64,000 nt of DNA from Phyllobates terribilis (Eukaryota): positions 145,390,001 to 145,454,000 of the forward strand of contig NW_027362768.1 in NCBI RefSeq assembly GCF_046119375.1, read 5' to 3'. Positions 10,981 to 23,429 of the stretch are shown here, piece by piece; position 1 is the stretch's first letter; each line of letters begins with the position of its first letter. The position numbers and the translations under genes are program-made. The notes under the pieces were generated by a model, which saw nothing but the letters and a program-made list of their open reading frames with translations, did no database searches and had not been told where the DNA came from.

Positions 10981-11420
10981 CTGCACACCGTCGTTGCCAA
11001 ATGGGCTGCACACCGCCGTTGCCAAAAGGGCTGCACACCGCCGATGCCAAAAGGGCAGCACGCAGCCGATGCCAAAAGGGCTGCACACCGCCGATGCCAA
11101 AAGGGCTGCACACCGCCGATGCCAAAAGGGCTGCACACCGCTGATGCCAACAGGGCTGCACACCGCCTGATGTCAAAAGGGCTACACACCGCCGATGCCA
11201 AGAGGGCTGCACACCGCCAATGCCAAAAGGGCTGCACGCAGCCGATGCCGAAAGGGCTGCACGCAGCCGATGCCAAAAGGGTTGCACACCTGATGCAAAA
11301 GGGGCTGCACACCGCCGATGCCAAAGAGCTGCACACCGCCTGATGTGAAAAAGGCTGCCCACCGCGTGATGCAAAGGGGGCTGCACACTGCCGATGTCAA
11401 AATGACTGTACACCGCCGCT
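10978..11420. repeat. 25-bp minisatellite, ~17 copies
   Basis: Unit CAAAAGGGCTGCACACCGCCGATGC. Confidence 0.9.
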
Positions 11421-11599
11421 CCATTCAAAGTCTATGGGACTGATGAAATAGAGAGCAGAGTACAGTATTTAGCTCTGTTTCACAGATCTGTGTTTTGCCA
11501 TGATGCATGGATTGGCTGAGGGTCTCCTGAACTGAAATCTGCGGTCTCACATACGCCTATAAGGCTGTGCTATCTGGATCAGGAGAACTACGGCCAGTC

Positions 11600-12130
11600 C
11601 TGTACATAACAGTCCAAGTATGGAAAATAAAATTGACAATATCTATTCCAACATCAGACAGATGCACTTTATCTGCTCTATACAAACCTGGAACAAAACC
11701 TCCCATGTTTTTATCCCTGTAAGAGAAACTCCCTAATAATGGAAGACATTTTTAAATGGTCCGATGAATCCTTCTCCTTATTTTTTCATAAACGCCAGCT
11801 CCATTCCAGATCAATTTATCCTGGGGGAAACTTCGGGAAAAAAAACTAAAAAAAGAAGCATTTGGAAAATAAAATTTAAGGAGAGCAAAATAATTTTTCA
11901 TCTTCCAAATCAAATCCAGAGTCCTAAATTTCCCAAAGTCATTGCCCCCAGCAGGTATAATAATTCAGTCTGGATTAGGCCATTCCAAATTTAGAATTTT
12001 TTAATTCACGAATTACCGAACTCCATTGCAAACCTCTAACTCCTAACCAAAATATACTGCAAACCTTATTGCTAAATGACAAGATTTTCAAAATAATTTC
12101 TCCTCGAAGATCTCTTCTGGACCCATTAAA
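11600..12130 (-). pseudogene. Degraded SGNH-hydrolase-like ORF of a Ngaro/DIRS-group retrotransposon
   Basis: Fragments on -: WVQKRSSRRNYFENL, WLGVRGLQW, IIPAGGNDFGKFRTLDLIWKMK, PGLYRADKVHLSDVGID (GxND and DxxH blocks). Contains stops and frameshifts. Confidence 0.6.
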
Positions 12131-12337
12131 TAATCACCTCCTACACCCATCCCATTTTACCATATGGAGTGGCGATTGAAAAGGGAAAAAAATAAAGTGA
12201 GATGATACAGTGAAAAAAAAATGGAATTCTGCCATGAGTAATGTTGGCTAAATGAACGCCCGTAGATTTGCCGTGCTGACATGCTTTGCATTAGCGCTGC
12301 TTGGACCTGTAAATCATATCATATCTGTAAATCATAT

Positions 12338-13889
12338 GACTGGCGTATAGCAAATGTGGTGCCAATATTCAAAAAGGGGACAAAAACTGAACTTGGAAAT
12401 TATAGACCAGTAAAGCTTAACCTCTACTGTGGGTAAAATCCTGGAGGGTTTCCTAAGAGATGCTATTCTAGAGTATCTGAAGAAGAATAACCTCATGACC
12501 CAATATCAACATGGGTTTACGAGGGACCGTTCCTGTCAAACTAATCTGATCAGTTTTTATGAGGAGGCAAGTTCTGGACTGGACCAAGGAAATGCAGTGG
12601 ATGTTGTGTATATGGACTTTTCAAAAGCTTTTCATACGGTTCCACACAAAAAGTTGATATATAAAATGAGAACAATGGGGATAGGGGAAAATATATGTAT
12701 GTGGGTTAAGAATTGGCTCAGTAATAGGAAACAAAGGGTGGTTATTAATGGAAAACACTCAGACTGGGTCTCAGTTAACAGGGGGGTACCACAGGGGTCT
12801 GTATTGGGCCCGCTTCTTTTTAACATATTTATTAATGACCTTGTAGGGGGCATACAGAGTAATATTTCAATATTTGCAGATGACACTAAACTCTGCAGGG
12901 TAATCAATACAGAGGAGGACAATTTTATATTACAGGAGGATCTATGTAAACTAGAAGCTTGGGCTGATAAATGGAAAATGAGCTTTAATGGGGATAAATG
13001 TAAGGTAATGCACTTGGGCAGAGGAAATAAAATGTATAATTATATGCTTAATTGTAAAACACTGGGCAAAACTGTAACTGAAAAAGACCTGGGTGTATTG
13101 GTGGATGACAAGCTCACGTTTAGTGGCCAGTGTCAGGCAGCTGCTGCAAAGGCAAATAAAATAATGGGATGCATTAAAAGAGGCATAGATGCTCATGAGG
13201 AGAACATAATTTTACCTCTATACAAGTCATTAGTGCAGCCACACTTAGAATACTGTGTACAGTTCTGGTCTCTGGTGTATAAGAAAGACATAGCTGAACT
13301 AGAGAGGGTGCAGAGAAGAGCAACCAAGGTTATTAGAGGACTGGGGGGTCTGCAATACCAAGACACGTTATTACACTTGGGGTTATTTACTGTGGAAAAA
13401 AGAAGGCTTAGGGGTGATCTTATTACTATGTGCAAGTATATGAGGGGACAGTACAAAGACCTTTCTACTGATCTTTTTACTCTGAGGCCTGAGACTGGGA
13501 CAAGGGGGCATCTTCTACGTCTGGAGGAAAGAAGGTTTAATCATAATCACAGACGCGGATTCTTTACTGTAAGAGCAGTGAGACTATGGAACTCTCTGCC
13601 ACATGATGTTGTAATGAGTGATTCACTATTAAAATTTAAGAAGGGCATGGATGCCTTTCTTGAAAAGTATAATATTACAGGTTATAAATACTAGATTCCT
13701 TGATAGGGCGTTGATCCAGGGAACTAGTCTGATTGTCGTATGGAGTCGGGAAGGAATTTTTTTCCCCAATGTGGAGCTTAGTGTTTGCCACATGTTTTTT
13801 TTTGCCTTCCTCTGGATCAACATGTTAGGCTATGGGTTGAACTAGATGGACTTAGTCTTCCTTCAACCTTAAAAACTATGTTACTATGT
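12338..13889 (+). mobile_element. CR1 LINE, 5'-truncated (RT and C-terminal ORF2 open 12429-13694)
   Basis: VVYMDFSKAF, GVPQGSVLGPLLFNIFINDL, FADD, LFTVEKRRLRGDLI; 3' tail CTATGTTACTATGT. Confidence 0.93.
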
Positions 13890-14149
13890 GTTGCAACTTG
13901 ATGCTTTGAACAGGTGGAAATAGTCCCATCGAAAACAATGGATTCTGTTTCTCCATCAGCTGGAAGAATGACTATGGGGCCTCAGTTAACTCTCTCAGTC
14001 CTGTAGACTTTTGGACCAGCAGTGTACATGTTTGACCACCACTCCATTCAGACTGAAGATCATTAAAAGGGTTGTCTAGTCCAAATCGATAAGTCTGCAG
14101 TCACTGTACAGATTTTATGCCTCACTTCTGCACCCATTAAGTGAATTAA

Positions 14150-14450
14150 GTTACTTGCATTTTTTTTATTTAATATGCAAGGTAAAAACTTCATCTTGGG
14201 AACGTAGACTTATAACTACAAATTTTTGCCTTGCGTCTCGTGTAAGCAGAAACATTCCAGTAGGGGAACTGATTTATACAAAACGTAAAGAGGTCTCCAC
14301 AGAGGGTACAGAATATAGTCAGCCAAACAGGAAAGAGTTACCTCAAGAAAAAAGCAGACGAGTATTAGAAGAGTTTGGAAAGCCGTGGTGTTCTCCATAG
14401 CCTGTATCCCCCAGTTCAAACAGATAACCAACATTATAAAGAAATACATA
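14150..14450 (+). mobile_element. Penelope-like RT C-terminal remnant
   Basis: RNIPVGELI resembles the conserved (K/R)NIPxG(E/Q)xxR thumb motif of vertebrate PLE RTs; highly decayed. Confidence 0.4.
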
Positions 14451-14464
14451 CCTACGGTGGCCTT

Positions 14465-15730
14465 TTGCGGCAGTTACAGATGCAAGTCACTTTGGATAAG
14501 TCTCCATGAGCTTTCCACATCTTGCCACTGGGATTTTTGCCCATTCCTCAAGGTAAAACTGTTCCAGCTCCTTCAAGTTAGATGGTTTCCTCTGGTGAAC
14601 AGCAATCTTCATGTCTGACCACAGATTCTTAATTGGAGTAAGGTCTGGGCTTTAACTAGGCCACTCCAAAACATTCACACGTTTCCCCTTAAACTACCCG
14701 AGTGTTGCTTTAGTAGTATGCTTTGGGTCATTGTCTTGTTGGAAGGTGAACCTCCATCCCAGTATATATGATAGAGTTCATTTTAAACTTATCACGCTTA
14801 CCCACAAAGCGCTCCATGCTTCAGTACCCCCCTACATCTCCTCCCTTGTCTCAGTCTACCACCCTACACGTGCCCTCCGTTCTGCAAATGACTTGAAACT
14901 AAAATCCTCCATAATCCGAACTTCCCACTCCCGTCTCCAAGATTTCTCGCGTGCTGCGCCAATTCTCTGGAATGCACTACCCAGGACAGTTCGATTAATT
15001 CCCAATACCTACAGTTTCAAGCGAACCCTAAAAACACATTTCTTTAGACTGGCGTATCACCTAAACACACTCTGTCCATCCCAGCTTTCCCCCATATTAA
15101 AATCTTCTTCAACTTCGGGTTCAAACCAACCATGCACATAATAGCCTCTGTCAGGACTGTACACATACTGGCTGGCGACCAGTCCATGTATTATTATTTA
15201 TCCTATTCAGTATATCAAGGCTGCATTATACAATATATGTACTTTTTACCTTTTGTGTCTCCCCCACTTCCTCATAGACTGTAAGCTCGCGAGCAGGGCC
15301 CTCACTCCTTTCGATATGAGATATGCTTATTCTGTATTGTCTGTATAAGTCCCCCCTAAAATTTGTAAAGTGCTGCGGAATATGTTGGCGCTATAAAAAT
15401 AAACTATTATTATTATTATTATCCCAGTCTCAAATCACTGACGGACTGAAACAGGTTTTGCTCAAGAATATCCCTGTGTTTCGCACCATCCATACTCCCC
15501 CCGACTTTAACCATTTTACCTGTCCCTGCTGCCGAAAAACATGGTGGTGTTCTTGGGGTGATGAGCTGTGTTAGTTTGGTGCCAGACATAGCGTTTACCT
15601 TTGGTGCCCAAAACGTTCAATTTTGGTCTCATCGGACCACAGCACCGTTCTCCATACATTTGGGGAGTCTCCCACATGTCTTTTGGCAAACTAAAAACGA
15701 GCCTTACAATTTTTGAGTGTAAGTAAAGGC
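14465..15730 (-). mobile_element. Tc1 fragment (same family as 63553-64000) split by an L2 insertion
   Basis: 14470-14680 closely matches 63810-64000; Tc1 sequence resumes at 15421. Confidence 0.8.
14764..15420 (+). mobile_element. L2 LINE 3' fragment with 8-bp TSD
   Basis: FKLITLTHKALH...DFSRAAPILWNALP...FKRTLKTHFF, an (ATT)n tail, and TSD ATCCCAGT at 14756-14763 and 15421-15428. Confidence 0.9.
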
Positions 15731-16447
15731 TTTTAAGCTACATTTGGATTATAAGATGCACCCCCATTTTCCTCCCAATTTTGGGGGAAAAAGTGTGCGT
15801 TTTATAATCAGAAAAACACGGTAGCTTTATTAAACATGTACTCTACACAAAGCACACGTGTAGTCCACATCCAAAAACACTGTAAAAGAAAACACGTTAA
15901 AAAAAACATTGAAAGCACCAAAAACGGGTGTTTTGAAAGCAGCATTTTTACTGGCAAGAGAGCAGGTTTTGGCTGCAGAAAAAAAACGCAAATTTTATGC
16001 AAATTAAAAACAGATTTTTACAGTACCAACAAAAGCTATAAGACTGAAGAAATCTCATACATACGATTGTTTTTTTTTTCTGGCTGAATTGGAAAAGTGC
16101 TGCATTTTTGAAAACTGCAGCATGTCAATTCTTTCAGAGTTTTTGCAACTTTTTTTCACCCATAGAAAGCAATGAGCAAGGTCAAAAAAGCAACGAAGCG
16201 TTTTTGCAGTGTCTTTGGTGAATAAAACTAACTTTATTAAACATGTACTGTAGACATATCACACAAGTAATCCGCACCAAAAAACGCTGAAAAATGGGCC
16301 CTTTGAATGCAACGAGACAGCAGGTTTTGGCTGCTGAAAAAAAAGCTGCTTGTGAACATATCCTAATATTTTCAGAATGCAGGTGAGAACATAGTCTATG
16401 ATGATTTATTACATTCACAGTTTTTGCCAACACAATGCACAATTATG

Positions 16448-16660
16448 TGGACAGCAGTTTCCAAAGAAGACAAAGATATTGACTACTGCCAGGTATGACC
16501 AGGACACATTTGAGATGGACGGTGACTAACTGGAAGTTGTAAAGTACTTCAACCTACTCGGATCAATGATAACTCAAGATGCAGCGACAACACCGGAAGT
16601 CAATAGGACAAATCAACAATGAAGTCACTGGACAAGGTCTTCAAATCAAGGAACATTTCA
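16448..16660 (+). mobile_element. RTE-clade LINE remnant
   Basis: KTKILTT...LEVVKYFNLLGSMIT...MKSLDKVFKSRNIS resembles the RTE RT C-terminal region. Confidence 0.6.
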
Positions 16661-17480
16661 TATTTTTTATGCATCTCCCTGGCAGGAAAAAAGCATGCGG
16701 ATTGTACATGCGGATTGTGCATGCATTTTTCCTGCCAGGTACAAGCGTTTATGAAGCGTTCTTCACATGCATTTCCGCATGCAGGTTGTAAAGCGCTTTT
16801 CCAAGCAATTTTAGCATCACTTGGAAAAGTGCTTGACAACTTGGTCACACTATATATATCCATGCAACCGGCATGGATTTATGTTGTGTGACCAAGTTAA
16901 TAGTTAAAAAAAGAATAAAAATGGTAAAAAAAAACAAAAAAAAACATTATACTCACCTTCTGATGGCCCCAGGTCTCCTTCTCCGGTGTCATGTGACAGG
17001 TCACGAGACCGCTGACGTCAGCGGTCGCGTGACCTGTCACATGTCTAAATGACATGATGGAAGGTCCTTTTAAACCACCACTGCGAGCCGCCCAAGACAC
17101 CGGACGCACCGGAGAGGGAGACCGGGGGCCATCAGAAGGTGAGTATAATGTTTTTTTTTTAATTTTAATTCTTTTTTAACTACAGGTACTATGGTACCCA
17201 GGTCTGGATGAGAGTCTCCTCTTCTCCAGACCCGGGTACCATCCGCACATTGAATCACTTAATATCTGCATGTGCATATGTAGTGATGCAGATATTATGC
17301 GATTCAATGCAAGTCAAATGGACATGCTGCGGATTTTTCCGCAATGATAATCTGCAGCAGAAATTTCCGCAGCATGTGCACAGCACATGTGGATTATCAT
17401 TGGAGACCATGGGAGACCTTCTACCAAGCGGTTTTTAAGCATTTCTGCAGCGGAATTGCCGCTATAGTGGTCCCACAGCC

Positions 17481-17917
17481 TTAAGCACCACTCTAGTGTT
17501 TGTTTTTTCTGCGCTGGAGTGCCGCTTTAAATATGAGCCCCCTGCCCGTGGTCATATACTTCCCCTCTGGCGTCTTCCCCGGTTTTCAGCACCGCTCCGG
17601 TCCAGCGGCGCCATCTTGTGAGTGCAACTTCTGACTGTCCGGAAGTCAGAAACTACGTTGCACACTCTCAGTGCAAGTGTATGAGGCCAGAATGAGACTC
17701 TCATAGACTTGTACTGAAAAGTGACCTCTGCGCCGCTCCATGAAACACTGGAGCTGCCGACAGGTCACTTTTCGTCAGAGACTGTTGGGAACGACCCTGG
17801 AAAAGGATGAAGACAGCGGCAGGTGAGTATGAGACGGGGTGAGAAGGGGGGGGCAGACTGAAATTGAAAGCACCACTCCAGAGGTGCAATAAAAAAAATG
17901 CTGGAGTGGTGCTTTAA
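17481..17917. mobile_element. TTAA-flanked MITE just upstream of czib
   Basis: TTAAGCACCACTCTAG ... CTGGAGTGGTGCTTTAA terminal inverted repeats; internally palindromic. Confidence 0.75.
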
Positions 17918-18139
17918 TTAAAAGAAGAAAAAAAAAATGCCTTGCAGCCTTTTCCCTATTTCTCAGGACTGAAATTACAAATGTAGATTTTATCTTCACT
18001 CCTCAAATCTCTTTCACCTAATTATTTATAAAACGCTCAGACGTTTAGGGTGAAGGGAGAGAATCCATCTTTACTAAAAAAAAAAAAAAAAAAATCAATC
18101 AATTCAATTGCAGTCCGATGTCAGTAACAGGGAAATACC

Positions 18140-18264
18140 AGCAGATGGCGACGTTCTACCACCGTTAGACTTGTCAAACTGGGTCACGTGACACGGGACT
18201 CTTTACGACGTGTGTGTAAAGATTTCCTTGTATTGCCGTAAAGCAATCAGCTCTCGTGACGTCA
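18140..18264 (+). promoter_or_regulatory. czib: czib candidate proximal promoter
   Basis: YY1-like AGATGGCG 18143-18150, GTCACGTGAC E-box/CLEAR-like 18183-18192, CRE TGACGTCA 18257-18264; locally CpG-rich. Motif matches only. Confidence 0.55.
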
Positions 18265-18269
18265 TGGTG
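18264..18269 (+). CDS. czib: CXXC motif containing zinc binding protein, coding exon 1 (MV)
   Basis: ATGGTG|GTAAGT donor; phase 0 fits exon 2 and the total gives 160 aa. A 6-nt exon is inferred from fit. Confidence 0.8.
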
Positions 18270-19010
18270 GTAAGTTCTGTAGAAGAATTGCATGTTCCTG
18301 ATTGGTATTACAATAAGGCTGCTGGAAGCTGGAGGGTTAAATATAAGGTCCATGTTACACTAGAGCCGGAAGGTGTACGCTGGAGGGTAAAAACATCCTA
18401 TAGAATGGTCAGTGCTTTATACATAAGCTGTTGCAAAACTGCAACCCCCAGCATTGTTCTGGCAGCTACATACTATCAGATCATGCTGGGTGTTGTAGTT
18501 TTTCACCCTCTAAACACACACACAAAAATAATATGTGTGCACACTTTGTCTTGGGAAAAACTATAACTCCCAGAATTCCCAGGCACTTACATACTACCAT
18601 GGCATGCTGGGAGTTGTAGTTTTTCACTTGCTAAACGCACACACACACAAATAATGTGTGTGCACCATTTGAAAGAATTGTTGTCATTTGGAAAACTACA
18701 ACTCCCAGAATTCCCGGGCGTTTACATACTACCATGGCATGCTGGGAGTTGTAGTTTTACAGAGGCGTAGGATGCAAATCATTACCAGGGCTATAATTCA
18801 GCTACTGTCTGTCACATCTGCAATAGACGGTCACATGATGGACACTACAGCTCCTAATAAACCCGATTTACTATATTGGGAAAAATAATGCGGATTATAT
18901 TACAGTCAGTAGGGCCTTTTGGGCGCCATTTGTATCCATCATGCGACAGATCCGTCCCTCTGAGAAATGCACGACACATGTTTCCACGGCCTTATTAAGG
19001 AGCAGTTTTC

Positions 19011-19336
19011 TTAAAGGGATGTTCTAAAAAAAGACAAGTTATCCCCGATCCATGGGATTGAGAATAACTTTCTGATTCTTGGGGTGTCCAACCACCGGGA
19101 TCCCCGACAATCGTGACAATAGCACAATCCTGAAGAAGGTGCTCATCCTCCATCTTCATGCATCACCATGGAGGCCGAGCATGCGCACCTCCAGTCCATT
19201 CAGGACATTACCGCAGAGCTCCGTTCTCAGGATTGCCGGAGGTCCCAGCGATTGGACCCCCATCGATCAGCAAATTTTTCCTGATCCCATGCACAGAGGA
19301 TACTTTTTGTGGGGGGGGGGGGGGATAACCCTTTAA
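19011..19336. mobile_element. TTAA-flanked MITE
   Basis: TTAAAGGG...CCCTTTAA ends; palindromic interior. Confidence 0.65.
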
Positions 19337-19929
19337 GTAATGTTTCATTCGCCAGTATAATAAAAATATATTGAAGCTGTGCCTAATGTATTACAAGGTG
19401 CAATTTGCTCCGTCCTAAAGTCAGAATATTCTAAACATCTGCTATGAGTAGGTGCAGCTTCCTGCCATTTTCCTACTTTAAGACGGATAAGTCTAAAAAG
19501 AAACCACATTCACTGGCACACGAGAGGAGTAAAAACAATAACACTTTACGCCAGAGGGTCCTTCAAAAAATTTTCCGTTTCTGCCAAACGATTGGTCAGT
19601 GAATTCTGTTAAGTTCGTTGCTTTTATAAAAAAAATTAAAAAAAACAGCGCCACCTCTGACCAAGGGTTGTATCTGATACTGCTTTAGTACCATGTAGAA
19701 CACATAAGTAGGTGGTGGAACCGTTTTTAACAGAAAGCAGCCATGTTTTTCTACTTCTGGACAGCCCCTTTAATGTATGTCAAGGGTCGGCCCCATGTTA
19801 TTTCTCCAGCTGCTGTGATACTACAACTCCCAGTATTCGTCTACGAATGGACTTGAGAGTGAGATGAACTTTTACACTATGACGTCTTCACCATTTTCGC
19901 TTTTTCTCATGTCGTTTGGACACTTGTAG

Positions 19930-20013
19930 AAGTTTGCATTACAGCTGAAGGCAAATCTAGAAAACATCACGAGGCTGCGGCCGGTGGGTGAGGATTTCCA
20001 CTGGTTCCTAAAG
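19930..20013 (+). CDS. czib: czib exon 2 (KFALQLKANLENITRLRPVGEDFHWFLK)
   Basis: AG|...|GTGAG; matches the CZIB/C1orf123 N-terminus. Confidence 0.95.
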
Positions 20014-20199
20014 GTGAGAAAATCTCCATGTTACTGTACCTAATGCTGAGTGTGAGGTTGTGATGTGCTGACTCCACCGTGTTTGGATACAAAAAATACA
20101 TCAATGCGGATTATGGAAGGGATACTTGGGCATTACTGCGGGAACAATATATTCTCATTAGTCTTCTAAACCTCTGGTTTATGGTGCTACTGTGTGAAT

Positions 20200-20685
20200 T
20201 AGTGTTTGCCGTGTGGCGCGCACTAGCGTTTGGGCTGCTGCGTCCACTAGCGATTGGGCTGCTGTGTGCACTAGCGTTTGGGCTGTTGCATGAACTAGTG
20301 TTTGGGCTGCGGCGTGCGCTAGTATTTGGGATGCTGCGTGCACTAGCATTTGGGCTGTTGCATGAACTAGCGTTTGGGCTGCTGCGTCCACTAGCGATTG
20401 GGCTGCGGCGTGCACTAGCGATTGCCCTGCTGCGTGGACTAGCCATTGGGCTGCGGCGTGCTCCAGCGATTGCCATTCGGTGTGCACTAGCATTTGGGCT
20501 GCTGCATGCACTAGCGATTGCTCTGCGGCGTGCACTAGTCTTTGGGATGCTGCGTGCACTAGCAATTAGGCTGCTGCGTGCACTAGCGATTGCCCTGCTG
20601 TGTGGACTAGCGATTGGGCTGCTGCGTGCACAAGTAATTGCCCTGCTGCGTGCACTAGCAATTGCGCTGCGCCGTGCACTAGCCT
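20200..20685. repeat. 24-bp minisatellite, ~20 copies, czib intron 2
   Basis: Unit GCACTAGCGTTTGGGCTGCTGCGT. Confidence 0.9.
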
Positions 20686-21201
20686 TTATCGGGACTTTTT
20701 TTTCCTGCACTTCCCACCACTCAGAAATGCGCAGCCCCATATACTTGAATGCAACTTCTCTGGCCAGAAATGCGTCTGTGCAGTCCTCATTTTCATGATC
20801 AGTGGGAGGTAGGACCCCCTGCAATCAAGTGATGGCCCATCCAAGCTGTGGTCTATTACTTTTTTATATAGGAATACTCCTTTAATAATCACATTAATCG
20901 CAGCTTAGACAGTTAATGCTCTAGTTGAAAACACTTTGCATGTGGCCATGTTTTGGCCATTACAGCTTAAAGACCTTTGTGTAAAAGTTTTAAAATATCA
21001 AGGTCAGTGACAGTTGTCTCTTCCTCCTTGTACCTGTTCCCTGTCAGTTATTAAATACGGTGTAGAAAAGTTAAATGAGTTGTCTCCACCATGTTGGCTC
21101 TTCAGCGTTTGAACTACAACTTCCAGCATGCCTTGGAATGTTTCACCCAGCATGCAGTGATGTGGATCTTGTAATACTTATTTCCATTTTCCTTTTTATA
21201 G

Positions 21202-21258
21202 TTGAAATGTGGAAACTGCGGAGAATTATCGGACAAATGGCAGTATATCACATTGATG
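21202..21258 (+). CDS. czib: czib exon 3 (LKCGNCGELSDKWQYITLM)
   Basis: First CXXC motif; AG/GT boundaries. Confidence 0.95.
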
Positions 21259-21864
21259 GTGAGCGAGGGTGTGCTCTGGACTGTCTGGTATAATAATTCT
21301 GAATGGCTGCGTCTGACCGAGGGAGATGGGGCAAATTAGCATTTTATACTGTTCACACAGTGCTTTTTTGCAGTGGTTTTTATTTACACATGTCTATGGC
21401 AGGAAAAATGTTGCTTATGTTACACATATTTTTATGCATTCAATTGGATGGGGAATAAAGCAGCGAAGATGCTGAAAGAAATTGACGTTTTAAAATAAAC
21501 GCACCGCAGTTAAAAAAACACTGCGTGAATTAGACTTTAGAAATCTCATTTATTTTGCTGCTACTGCAAAACATTGCATTTTTTCTGCACAAAAGAAAAA
21601 ACGCACGTGTAGAGATTCACTTGCATTCAGGCTGCAGGTAGGGTAACATTCACACAGGCACGCCGTTTCTTGTCCAAACAGGAAGGTTTATTAAGTCCAT
21701 AAACCTCCAGCAGAAAGTAAAAACAAAGAGTCCATAAAGCAGAATGAGAAACAGAGCTGTTAAGCTGCTCAATATTCAGAGTCCAATACTCGGCATCTTG
21801 CAGTGTCAAAACAACATAAACAGGTCCTCCGCCTTGCATCCACAGGTCCAAATACCTGAGGAGT

Positions 21865-22490
21865 TTGCACCTCTACTCCCAGACAAGGAATGAACAGCTC
21901 AGCTGCCCTTTTAAACCAGCTGCACCTCCTGGATTGTAGGGTGGGAATCATTCTTCAAACACCTGGGTCCATATACTGGTCCTATTGCCCCTCTCAGCAC
22001 CTCAGATCCAGGATTCTGCTTCCTGCTTGTCTACATACCCTCCCCCGCTGCCCTTCGCCTTTATACGCAGGTCTTCTGCCTTGCATCCACTACTCCCAGA
22101 CAAGGAATGAACAGCTCAGCTGCCCTTTTAAACCAGCTGAACCTCTTGGATTGGAGTGTGGGAATCATTCCTCAAACACCTGGGCCCATATATTGGTCCT
22201 ATTGCCCCTCTCAGCACCTCAAATCCAGGATTCTGCTGCCTGCTTGTCTACATACCCTCCCCCTCTGCCTTTATACACAGGTTCTCTGCCTTGCATCCAC
22301 TACTCCCTGACAAGGCATGAACAGCTCAGCTGCCCTTTTAAACCAGCTGCACCTCCTGGATTGGAGGGTGGAAATGACTAGTTCTGCCCATCTCAACTAA
22401 TCATTCCTAAAAAACCTGGGTCCATATAATGGTCTTATTAAACCCCTCAGCATCCCCTATCCAGGATCTGCCAGCTGCTAGTCTACACAC
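21865..22490. repeat. ~215-bp tandem triplication, czib intron 3
   Basis: CTACTCCC..ACAAGG.ATGAACAGCTCAGCTGCCC at 21873, 22090 and 22300. Confidence 0.85.
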
Positions 22491-22962
22491 GGAAAAATCA
22501 CTACGTGTGAACAAGCACTCAAACAGAACCTTCCTGAATATTATTAAATATGGGAGTGGTGGTATGCTTCTGTAGGTGGTTGTCCCCATATAAAAATGTT
22601 ATCTTTTTTTTGTAGAAATCCGATTTGCCAGTCTTGAGAAATCTAATGTAGAAGACATATGGAAATCATGTTGTAAGCACACTGGGGGTGTGGCAAAGCA
22701 GTCTGACTGCACTGAGACGCCCCCAGTTCACTTCCAGTCTGATTTGCATATGGATTTCTTCACTAAAGGTATCATTTTTATATGGGGAAAACCATATACA
22801 CAGCCATATCACTACTGCCATATGTAAAAGCGTGCTGATAGATTCCCTTTAACTGTGTTTTGGATATACAGTAAATGTTGGGGTGTGGATGACACCGTTC
22901 TGTACATTTTATAGGTATAAATCTGGTAATCTTCTGTCATTATTTTGTTTGTTCACTTGTAG

Positions 22963-23044
22963 GACAGTGTCCCTTTAAAAGGTGGTCGAGGCAGCGCCAG
23001 TATGGTACAGAAGTGTAAGCTTTGTTCTCGAGAAAACTCCATCG
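22963..23044 (+). CDS. czib: czib exon 4 (DSVPLKGGRGSASMVQKCKLCSRENSI)
   Basis: Second CXXC motif; AG/GTGAGT boundaries. Confidence 0.95.
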
Positions 23045-23397
23045 GTGAGTGATATTACAGGGGTGGCTGAAGCCTCATTGTTATATTACCTCCCAATAAT
23101 AAGTTTATTATGGGGCAGCAATCGGCTGCAATATCAAGGAGGAACTCACATGGAGTGTCCTGTTTTCCTGCAGCGCCTCTAGAGGAGAAACAAAGTATTA
23201 CACAGTCCCTATTAAAGCAATGTACTGGTTCTGTAATGCACATATATAAGTCCTCCAGGGCTGGAGACCCTCTTCATAACTGTTCTGACTAATGGGAGAC
23301 TCTAATAACTCCGTACATGGACAACCCCTTAAAACTGCAAAACCAGTCCTTGGTAATAGAAAAATGTAGTAATCTGACCTTTTTTTTTTTGGCATAG

Positions 23398-23429
23398 ATA
23401 TATTGAAAATCTCGCTGCAGTCGTACAAC
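23398..23429 (+). CDS. czib: czib exon 5 (DILKISLQSYN)
   Basis: 32 nt, poly-T/AG acceptor, GTAAGT donor; phase fits both neighbours. Confidence 0.88.

Noticed and set aside
10738-11428. Overlapping 140-170 aa ORFs on both strands
   Set aside because: Stop-free translations of the 25-bp minisatellite.
1-18000. magoh exons expected upstream of czib from synteny
   Set aside because: No MAGOH-like coding sequence was recognised in the window; it probably lies further upstream.
20079-20824. ~240-aa hydrophobic Leu/Ala/Arg ORF and antisense ORFs
   Set aside because: 24-bp minisatellite in czib intron 2; the periodic open frames are an arithmetic consequence of unit length.
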